A stretch of 64,000 bases of DNA from the human T2T-CHM13v2.0 reference genome, Homo sapiens, in the NCBI RefSeq assembly GCF_009914755.1, contig NC_060931.1, one strand, 5' to 3'. Made by a program: the position numbers and the translations under genes. Positions 40,861 to 51,428 of this stretch are shown in pieces (within the stretch, counting starts at the first letter, position 1; every line of letters starts with the position of its first letter). Below the pieces are notes generated by a model, which ran no database searches, had not been told where the DNA came from, and saw nothing but the letters and a program-made list of their open reading frames with translations.

Positions 40861-41849
40861 TGCTTTTAATACATGTTGGTATTTTTAATATTTTTCTTCT
40901 CGACAAAAGAACACAACATCATCATACATACAACCTTCAAACATAAATGAGAATGTAAAAGCCATAACCTCCATCAATGTCCAATCAAAGTGCTGGTCAA
41001 TGGAAGAGAGAGTTTACACCATTGACCCAAGCATATGTTTCAGGCTGTGGTGAAGCTTGAAATTTTCATATCATTTATTTGCTGGATGACCCAATTAGGT
41101 CAAAACCTACTTTTCTTTATTGGAATGAATCCCCTAGCAGGTAGGTCAACTCCGCAGGACAAAGCTTCTAAGCAAATGTGAGGTCGGTTAATTCTCATAT
41201 CAACTCTAATTTGCAGCAAGACTCCCATGGCATTTCAAGAGGCTTTGAGTCTTTCTGAGGCTTAAAGAGTGAGGTAGTAGCTTCTTTTGAGCAATTGGTA
41301 ATACTTTGGGTCAAGAACGGTAGCTATGGAACATATCCTAATAATCACCTTCTCAAATGTTACAGAGTCTTGCAAGTGACAGAAAAAGATGGAAAAAAAT
41401 ACTCTCACAGTTTAGGAAACTGCTTTCATAAGCTTTGGCATCTCTAAAACTTAGATTCCAGCCCATCCAAAGAGCTCTTTCTGCAGTATCTGTTTTCAGG
41501 AAACATTTTCATCATTGATCCAAGCATCAGAAAACAAAAACAAACATAAAAATACAACATAAGATCCCAAAAGCATCAGCATTCAATCACTGTCATTACA
41601 TGAATTATACTTGAAGCATGAGCAAGACACATGAGGCCCTATCTCAAAGATGAGCCACCCCTACTGGTGATAGAGGGCACCCAGAGAGAAGCAAGACCCT
41701 CATTTACCACCAGCTGACCCACAGGCTCTGAGCTCCTCCAATGACTGAGTCCAAAGATGTAGCTTCCCCTCACTCTTTCAAAACTAGTCCTATGTTTTCA
41801 ATAACTAGCTTTTCTCTGCCTCAGCATCCTCGAGTATACAACAAAACAG

Positions 41850-42050
41850 TAGAGGATGATAGAAAAATGTGGGCTTTAGAGTTGGAGTCCAACAAACCAA
41901 GGTTATGATCTTGGATAACTTCATCAATCTCTCTTAGCTTTAGTTTCTTCATCTGTAAAATAAGAACAATGTTTGCAGGACTGCGGCGTAAATAAGCTAA
42001 TACACAGGTGAGAGTAAATGTTAGCTATTATCATTATGAGTACTGTTATT
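41850..42050 (+). mobile_element. MIR SINE
   Basis: 'gggctttagagt', 'ctttagtttcttcatctgtaaaataag', 'gtaaatgttagctattatcatt'. Confidence 0.7.
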
Positions 42051-43239
42051 ATCAGGGTGTCAGATTAGGTTATCTTCTAAATATCCATTCTACTTCCAAG
42101 GCTTATAAAATAGATTTTGAAGAAAGCCCCCATTCAACCTTTAATAACCCTAAAGATTAATTTGCTCCTTCTGCATAATAATGAAAGGACAAGGTACCTT
42201 GCGGATCCTAGGGCATATCTGTTCAAGCACCAAATACTTTTTAAAATTAAGAAAATAAATAATACTTGGAAAATGGCCCCATTCCAACAAAACCCTTAAT
42301 GTTTAATCCGTAAGAAGTCATCTGAACTCTCATTTAACTAGCTTTCCTGATGGACTGATTGTATGGGGGACATGGAAAATGTGAATACCAAGTAATGAGA
42401 CTGATTTTGGCAAGACATCAGAGAAATCAGCCTAAATTACTCCTTAGTCACACTTACATAGGAAAATCATTTTAAGAGACTTTATATCAAAAGGATTAAT
42501 AAATACCAGTCAAGTCATGTTTTCCAGGGACTTCCAGGTCACATGGTGATTTACAAACAGGTGTCTAAATCCCCCTTCCCCCACCCCAGATTCCAGGTGA
42601 AATATCAAGTAGAATATTAAAACGTGAAAATAAAGTTTCATGTTGACTTCTCTAGTTTTGTCGGGCTATTTATAGGGATCAAATAGTGATCTTATTATAG
42701 ATCACTCCCACAGCAACTTGGTCCTTGCCCATTTCTCTTTGCCATCCTTCCCACAATGGGTGCTTCAACTTTCATTCCACTCATTGTATCTGATACATAT
42801 GTACAAATTCTGTCAGTTAAAAATAAATTTTTAAAAATTTTAAATGTACTATCTATTCTTTAAAATTAGTTTATCCTCTATTACTATTTTAATGTAGATA
42901 TAGAGAGAAAAACATACCTACACATGCTTACACCATTTAATTTTATATGTAGTTTTCTTTATGGAACATGGGATCAGTCATTCAAAACAAATAATTTTGT
43001 CATCTTCAAAAATTCCAGAGTCTAGATATTGTTATGACTACCTGGACGGGGGAAAATCTTAACTAATCATTAAGTTAAAAATTAGCTAATAATTATTAGA
43101 GCTCAGAATGAACAAAACTAGTTAAGCCGCATACCTTACAGAATTCTACCTTGTCAAGTCAGGCCTTTTAGATTCAGCAACCCTAATTATCCATTTCAGA
43201 CCTGTTGAATTACTTAAAGTACTCAATGTGGCCAGTTCT

Positions 43240-43635
43240 ATCCCCTCCGGACCTATGCACTTTCACCTCCCTCTCCTGTCAACTTAGAAGGGCCTTCCCC
43301 ACCATTTTCCCAGGAACACTTCCTACTCTTCCTTCCAGACTTAACTCAGGTGATTCCTCTGGGCCTCCTTTATGAGCCTATCCAGAAAAATGAGGTGCTC
43401 TTCCCTCTGCTCCCACCAAACCCTGAGCATCTCTCTTCACAGCATTCCTGCCACTGTTTTGGGGCTACTTGTGTACTTGCCTATCCACCCCCTTCCGCAA
43501 AATGCCTGGTTTTTATCTTTAAAGGTAGGTATTTGTTTTTCCTTATACATCTTTGTCTTCCCCGGCACCCAAATACAGCCTGGTGTAAACTACCAGCATT
43601 TAATAAATATTGAATAAATAAATGAATGGATGGAA
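43240..43635 (+). mobile_element. L2 3' fragment
   Basis: Ends 'acagcctggtg...ttaataaatattgaataaataaatgaatggatgg'. Confidence 0.7.
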
Positions 43636-43897
43636 AATAAACAAAAAGCTTAAGTCTCTCTCTACATTATTATAACCTCTTAGTGAAGGATATATGAAAT
43701 GACATCACCTACAAGTATTAATGGCAAAATAAAAACATAGATAATGAGCACTTTAATGTGCTTTCATTAATTTATTTATGAAGAAATAATGTGACATTCA
43801 AGTTTGGGGGGATTCCTATACCCTAATATCTACCATTATTAAATAATAGTTTTCAGTCTCTGTCTACATAGTCATTATATAACAAGAACACATGCCC

Positions 43898-44285
<388 letters not shown>

Positions 44286-44359
44286 TTACACTTCCCTCAT
44301 AATTATCTCTAGTCTTGCCAAATAACCTGTTAATTTATTCATAATTTAAAGGCAATAAA

Positions 44360-44740
44360 GCAGAGCCTTGAGCAAGGCTGCCTGAGTTTAAATCTGGACT
44401 CTCTCACTTTGCAAGTGTTTGATCTTGGATAAGTCACTTAACTTCTCTGTGCCTCAGTTTCCTCATCCTGTAACATAGAGATGATAATAAGAGTGCTATC
44501 ATATGGTTTTGGTGAAGACTAAATGAGCTAATACATTTAAAGTGATGATAAGAGGTGGTTTTGTTTTGAGACTGGGTCTCACTATGTTGCCCAGGCTGGT
44601 CTCAAACCTGTTGGTCTCAAACTTCGGGCTCAAGCAATCATCCCATCTCAGCCTCTCAAGCAGCTGGGATTACAGGGAGGCCATCTTGAAGAGTTCTTGA
44701 TACATGGTACAAACGCTCTAACTATTAGCTATATATTTTT
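44360..44740 (+). mobile_element. MIR SINE interrupted by an Alu monomer
   Basis: 'aagtcacttaacttctctgtgcctcagtttcctcatc'; resumes ~44690. Confidence 0.75.
44558..44685 (-). mobile_element. FLAM/Alu monomer
   Basis: 'ttttgagactgggtctcactatgttgcccaggctggtctcaaac...gggctcaagcaatc...gctgggattacagg'; internal duplication of tggtctcaaac. Confidence 0.8.
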
Positions 44741-45530
44741 ATTGTAATTCTGAATTCACTAATATTGGTCTAGGTTGTTTCTATATTATTTGCATCACAC
44801 TAGCACATTTAAGCATATGGATTTGAGGATGGTTTCTTGGGTAGTTGGTTTTGTTTCAAATTCTCAAGATTTCTAACTAATTTCCAAAAGGGCTTCTAAT
44901 CTACTTTTTAAATGCTCATGTAAAAATTACTTAATTTTATATGTGTAAACTACTTTTTAAGAAGATACTTCACAAAATCTCGACAACCTACACAGATAGA
45001 CAATTGTCAAAGAAGTTGGAAGGGGCCAACATTTTAGTTTGTACTTGAAGCTTTTCATCTCAGAGGAGTTACTAAGTTACTATCTCTATGCACATCCTAG
45101 CAAGAGGGAGAGGGTTGTGACCAAAGAAACAATACTTTTTTCCTACTGTGCTTCACAACTCAAAATTCATTGATTCGTATGTATATTTTGTTTTGTTTTG
45201 TTGTGACTAAACAATCCTAGTTTCTTTCGTCTCTTTCAATGAAAGGAAACATGTCTGTCAAAAAAAAAAAGGGGGAGCAGCAAAGGGAAAACATCCCTCA
45301 GAGAAAGGAGTGAACAATATAAAGGTAAACAAACCAGGGATTTCTTTGATATTGCCCATTTGTTTGTGAGAACAAAGTAACAAACACTGAAGGAGAACCA
45401 AGTATAGATTAGGCATAAGGTAAAAGGGAGAACATTATTCTTCATTGTTCTTATCTCAGAGGCATCTACTACTAAATGATGTGGGGCACAGAAAGTGGGC
45501 AAAGGAAACACTCATACTCTATAAACTTAC

Positions 45531-45633
45531 CTCCTCTGGGTGATAATACATGTACACCCAGTGCCGTTTCTTTAGCAAAACGTATTTGAAATGCAAACCC
45601 CAAATCATGTTCATACTCTATGTCTTTTGCTTT
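45531..45633 (-). other. Candidate spliced exon of an unidentified minus-strand transcript
   Basis: Acceptor 'ttttttttttgattccacatctag|' (AG at 45634-45635) and near-consensus donor 'GAG|gtaagt' (45525-45530); 103 nt of apparently unique sequence. Confidence 0.4.
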
Positions 45634-45741
45634 CTAGATGTGGAATCAAAAAAAAAAGGACCTTTTGGTTTATCTAGGCCTAATGAGGTTGTCTTTGATT
45701 CTTGATTATCAAATAGTTCATTTGTTTAACCAATATTCATA

Positions 45742-45950
45742 CTTTTGTATTTTTGATATAATTGTACAAATTTGGGGAATACATGTGATATTTTGATACA
45801 TGTATATAATGTATAATGATCAAATCATGGTAATTGGGATATCCATCACCTCATTTATCTGTGTTGGGAACATTATAAATTTTCTCTTTTAGCTATTTTT
45901 AAATTACATTATTGTAAACTAATTTCCTTACTGTGCTATTGAATACTAGG
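45742..45950 (-). mobile_element. L1MA 3'-end fragment
   Basis: 'catgtgatattttgatacatgtatataatgtataatgatcaaatcatggtaattgggatatccatcacctca'. Confidence 0.85.
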
Positions 45951-45999
45951 CACAGATCACAATAAGATGCACATAAACTGGACAAAAGTCTTTGTCACC

Positions 46000-46215
46000 A
46001 CGAACACAGATATGTACTGAATTTGAGTCCCAAATCTGCTCTGTGGCCTTAGTCAAGTTACTGAACTCACCTGAGCGAGTTTCCTATGAAATGAAAATGA
46101 CAGTAATTGTGGTGCATCTCCTTGTACAGCTGCTGGGAAGGCCAAATGGGCTAATTCTTATAAAGCACCCTGTGCATAGTAAGCCCTCAATAAATGCTAG
46201 CTACTGTTGCTATTG
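46000..46215 (+). mobile_element. MIR SINE
   Basis: 'tttgagtcccaaatctgc', 'gtggccttagtcaagttactgaac', 'catagtaagccctcaataaatgctagct'. Confidence 0.75.
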
Positions 46216-46331
46216 TTCCTTTCATTGAGAGATGTTTTGTGGTGGGTTTTTGTTGTTTTGTTTGTCCATTAGCCAAGTCAGAATATGACCTCTGGCTTGT
46301 ATTGTCCAGTGCTATTTTTCATAGAAATGAA

Positions 46332-46918
46332 TTTTTTTTTTTTTTAAAGAGACAGGGTTTTGCTCTGTCACCCAGGATAGAGTCTGGAGTGCAGTGATAT
46401 GATCATAGCTCACTGTAACCTCAAACTCCAGGGCTCAGTGACCCTCCTGCCTCAGCTTCCCAAGTAGCTGAGATTACAGGCAAGCACCACCGTGCCTAAT
46501 TTTTTTTTTTTTTTTTTTGAGACAGAGTTTTGCCCTTGTTGCCCAGGCTGGAGTGCAATGGCGCAATCTCGGCTCACTGCAACCTTCGCCTCCCAAGTTC
46601 AAGCAATTCTCCTGCCTCAGCCTTCCTGAGTAGCTGGGATTACATGCATATGCCACCATGCCTGGCTAATTTTGTATTTTTAGTAGAGATGGGGTTTCTC
46701 CATATTGGTCAGGCTGGTCTTGAACTACTGACCTCAGGTGATCCATCTGCCTCAGCCTCCCAAAGTGCTGGGATTACAGGCGTGAGCCACCGCACCCGGC
46801 TTTTTTTTTTCTTTAAGAGAGAGGGGTCTCACTATGTTGCCCCCAGGCTGACCTCAAGTGATCCTCCTGCCTCAGCCTCCCAAAGTGCAGGTGTTACAGG
46901 CATGGGCCACTGGCACCT
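46332..46918 (-). mobile_element. AluJ split at its middle linker by a younger Alu
   Basis: Right arm 46332-46499 ('atcatagctcactgtaacctcaaactcc'); left arm 46801-46918 ('gggtctcactatgttgccc'). Confidence 0.85.
46500..46800 (-). mobile_element. AluSp/Sq
   Basis: 'gagttttgcccttgttgcccaggctggagtgcaatggcgc' and 'ttggtcaggctgg' diagnostics. Confidence 0.88.
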
Positions 46919-48133
46919 TTCCTAGAATGGATTTTCAACTCTGTTTAAAGACGATTGCTAATGCACAGCCAATTGAATGCTTATTAAGTAGAAATTAAAC
47001 TTGCTTTCAAATAATGAGAACATATGTCACAGATGAAGAGTTGGTCCTAGTGCAAGTTTACAAATAAAAGACAAAGAACCTTTCAGCTATTGTGACTAGT
47101 TAGTCCCTTCTTTTACAGATGTGCCCATCTGTGTGACAAAAGAAGCAAGGCCTTTTCAAATCTTTGCAGAGATGGCACATGATAAAAGTCAGGTTCCACT
47201 GGCTTGGATGCTGATTGCCCCTTCAGGATTACAACCACCCCAGTTCCCTGCATTGTTTGTGCTATATCATGAGAGAACAGGGGCACATGAGGACAAGATT
47301 TCTTTTCATTTCACCTTTCAGCAGCCTTGTCTGAAACCACACTGACTGTTGTTAAAAATGATGCAAATTGTGCCTCCTTTCAGAAAAGCACAAACCATTC
47401 TCCCGTTTTCCCCCAGTCCAAGAACTGTACAGGACCTTCATTAGCTAGAGGAACACGATGATGGCAGTGCCTATTTTAAGCAGAAAGATGCTCTAAAGGG
47501 AAAAACCTAAAAGGCTTCAGACAAAATACTATTCAGTTTATTATACTATTGATTTTTAGAATACTCTTCAGCTTTGCTTTTTTTGCGGATATATGTCAAA
47601 TAACCAGCAGTGCTTTAAGTTACTTGTAGAAGTATTTATCATATATATTTTTTCTTAGAGAAGAGAAATAAAGCTTTGGTATGGACTAACCCAAAATTGT
47701 TTGGGAGGTAAAACAAAACTTTCAGATCAGTTATGTGGCAATAATCAAGACACCCAACATGATTTTAATTTTAAAAGGGAGAATTCCATTATAAAAATCT
47801 ACCAAGTTTCCTCAGGCTCATCCCCACACATACCTTTTCTGGTCTATGTAAGTTCACCTGTTTAGCAAAGGGATGGGATTGACTAATTGGACACTCAAAG
47901 CTTTCCCCCAGCTCTGAGTTCATCCCAGCTTCTTTAGATTTTTTTTAAGAACAAAGAAAAACCAATATTTTGGGAACTCTTACATGTAGATAATGTCAGA
48001 ATTAATTTCCACTTGTGGCAGGATTTCAGTAAAGTTATAAGACCTCATATACTTTTTGTCTAAGTTAAAGCAACATCTTTACATCACTTTAAATTATACA
48101 AACTTCTAACCAATAAAAACAGGAGAAGTATGG

Positions 48134-48563
48134 TGTGTATTTGTTTCCATGGGCTTCCATAATGAAGGACCTTCTTGGGTGGCCTAAAGCAACAGCAATT
48201 TGTTATCTCACAGTCCTGGAGGCTGGAAGTCTGCCATCAAGGCATCAGCAGGCCCATGTTCTCTGCAGGCTCTAGAGAGGACCCTTCCTTGCCTCCTCCA
48301 GTGTCTGGTGGTCACTGGCAATCCTTGCCTCCTGGATGTATCACTCCAATCTCTGCTTCCATCTTCACATGGCTTTCGCCCCTGTGTGTGTGTTTTCTCT
48401 TCTTATAAAGACATGAGTCATTGGATTAGGGCCCATCTTAATGTGGTATGATCTCACCTTAACTTATTTAATTAAATATGTAAAGACCCTATTTCAAAAT
48501 AAAGTCACATTCTCAGATTCCAGGTGGACACAAATTTTGGGGAACATTATTTAACCCTGTACA
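48134..48563 (-). mobile_element. MLT1B/C MaLR solo LTR
   Basis: TG...CA termini with 5-bp TSD TATGG; 'tctcacagtcctggaggctggaagtc', 'aaagaccctatttcaaaataaagtcacattc'. Confidence 0.88.
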
Positions 48564-48859
48564 TATGGAGTGCAAAACTACTCACCTTTCCTTTACCAAG
48601 GAATTTCTAAGGGAGTCAAATTAATTTAAAATCTTCACCAACTTCTCAACAAGTGCACAGCTTTATTATATCCAAGATCATAAAATCTGTCATTTTCCTT
48701 GCTTATGTTGATATTGTGCTTTATATTTACAAAGTTTTTTCATATTGCTTCATTTGATACTCACAAGCACAAATACTCATTCTCACACAAGTAGGCAGGG
48801 TGACTGGTCTCTTTTTACAGATAAAGTGAGGGAGAAGGGAAGGAAGCTTACCTTTTATC

Positions 48860-49085
48860 AAATAACTACTCTGTGCTAGATACTGTTACTAGTGCTTCAT
48901 GAGTTGTCTTATTTGATCTATATAAAAAACTCAAAGGTTACTGTAAGTAGTATTATTCCCATTCTGAAGTAGAGTATAGCATAAAATAGCACTAAATAAC
49001 TTACCCAAGGTCACACACAGCTAGTAAGTAACAGATCTGGGGCTGCCGCTCAAATGCACCTGTGTTCTAAGTCCATCATGTTTCC
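48860..49085 (-). mobile_element. MIR SINE
   Basis: 'taaataacttacccaaggtcacacagctagtaagt'. Confidence 0.75.
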
Positions 49086-49841
49086 ATTCTTCCTTCTCAA
49101 TTAAGCCTTCTTCCTAACAAGTCTTTAACTTTGTTCATGGTTAGAATTTGCTAAAATATGTTTGGTGGTTGAAAGTCATGACAAACTCAGTGATCTCATT
49201 AAAGGATCAACCGGAGAGATCTAGGCCACTTAACATGACACATACAGGGGACTATGCTTTTTGTAGTTATCCTTCATGTTGCAATAAAATGCAAAATTTT
49301 CCTAACTTTGAAAATAGAGGAAGAATTGTGGTGGTAAGAATCGTCAAAAATTTACCCACTTTTGGAATAGCCTCAACTAGAGTAACCCTCTAGGACTTTC
49401 ATTTATTCTTCTCTGTGAGTACCAATAGGGTGAAGTCAAAAAATGACTCCACCATTCTGTGGATGGCCCAAATCATGAGAATGAAGGAAAAGAAGTTATC
49501 ATAACCTTAAGAAAGAATAAGTGGGAAAAACCATTGTTCCAAATGTGGGCTTGAATATGCTGTAATGTTTCAAAGCAGCAAGTAAAGTATACTTGTTAAG
49601 GATACTCTACCCACCTATGAACCATTGGAGAAAATGAACTACTTTGATGCTGCCTTTAAAGAGTTGTATCTTCAGAGAAGCCAAAATTCACTGCTGAAAG
49701 ATTCCTTCTTGAATCTGTCTCAGAAACAATCTTGGATTTAGAATGTATATGTATATACTTGTGTATGTGATTATACTTAACACCATCAGTTCTACCTTAT
49801 ATTATAAATATACCATGATAACAGAACTTTCTTTTCAGATT

Positions 49842-50139
49842 GTGTCAAAAAAGAAAAAAAAAAGGGTCTCACTCTGTCACCCAGGCTGCAGTATAGTGAT
49901 GCCATCTCTGCTCACTATGACCTCTGCCTCTCAGGCTCAAGCAATTCTCATGCCTCAACCTCCCAAGTAGCTGGGATTACCTGCGTGTGCCACCACACCT
50001 GGCTAATTTCTGTATTTTTAGTAGAAACAGGGTTTTGCCATGTTGGCCAGGGTGGTCTCGAACTCCTGGACTCAAGTGATCTGCCTGCCTCGGCCTCCCA
50101 AAATGCTGGGATTACAGGCATGAGCCACCTCACCCAGAC
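49842..50139 (-). mobile_element. AluJ with inverted tail
   Basis: Minus-strand Alu body 49863-50139; TSD tcttttcagatt (49830-49841 / 50140-50151); tail segment reversed (see findings). Confidence 0.9.
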
Positions 50140-50184
50140 TCTTTTCAGATTCTTAATGCATTCTACGTATTTACAAATAAATAT

Positions 50185-50400
50185 TGCTAATAGCTACCAT
50201 CTATTGAATACCTACTGGGTGCCAGGCAGCTAAGCACTTACTGTACATATTCCTAGTTGTCACAATAATCCTACATGGTACTTTTTACTGATCCTCATTT
50301 TACTGGTAAAGGCTCTGAGACTGAGAAGTTTAATGTCATTCAAAACCTACTAGATGGGTGAGCCAGAATTTGGACTCAAGTTCACATAATTCCAAAGCCT
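50185..50400 (-). mobile_element. MIR SINE
   Basis: 'atagctaccatctattgaatacctactgggtgccaggca', 'cctcattttac'. Confidence 0.75.
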
Positions 50401-50892
50401 GCCACCACACAAGGAAAATATCCATTTATTCACTTATATAAGATTGTTGACCTCTTTAAATATGCCGGTTTCATCCTAATCCTCTAAAAAAATTAGTCAT
50501 TCTCATCTTTTGAAGTCCCTCTGACCTAAGGGTGATTCACAGAGGATCAAGTAGGTAGGATCAAGAATCCTCATCTTCCGAATACATTCATCTTTTTAGC
50601 TTGATAAAGCCAGAATGTTGGGGCCTAACTACGTAGACAATTTCCTCACATTTAATTAGAAGACAGACCTAAGACTTGTCTTTGAGGCCAAATGCTACAT
50701 ACCAAGTTTTCACCATGAATTATGTTTCATGAGAACATGGTTGAATCCATATTAATACTGGATATCTAATAGAGATCATGTTATAAATGAAACAACCATT
50801 TATGGATAGGTAAATATTATCAAGTACATGTTTACATTTTCATATTACATAGCAAATCGTTAGGAAACCAAGTGATTAAATTTGGGGTTTTG

Positions 50893-51087
50893 ATGGGGTA
50901 CACATGGATGTAAAAATGGAAACAGAGACTGGGGGTTATAAGGGGTGCAGGCATAGGGCTGAAAAACTACCTATTGGCTGCTATGCTCACTACCTGGATA
51001 ACAGATTCAATCACACTCAAAACTCAGCATCACACAATATACTCTTGTAACAAGCTTGCACATACACCCCCTGAATCTAAAAGTTGA
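50893..51087 (+). mobile_element. L1PA15/16-L1PB4-like 3' end
   Basis: 'gaaaaactacctattgg..ctatgctcactacctgg', 'gcacatacaccccctgaatctaaaa'. Confidence 0.8.

Positions 51088-51428
<341 letters not shown>

Noticed and set aside
46530-46925. 131-aa ORF
   Set aside because: Entirely Alu read-through ([15 protein letters not shown])
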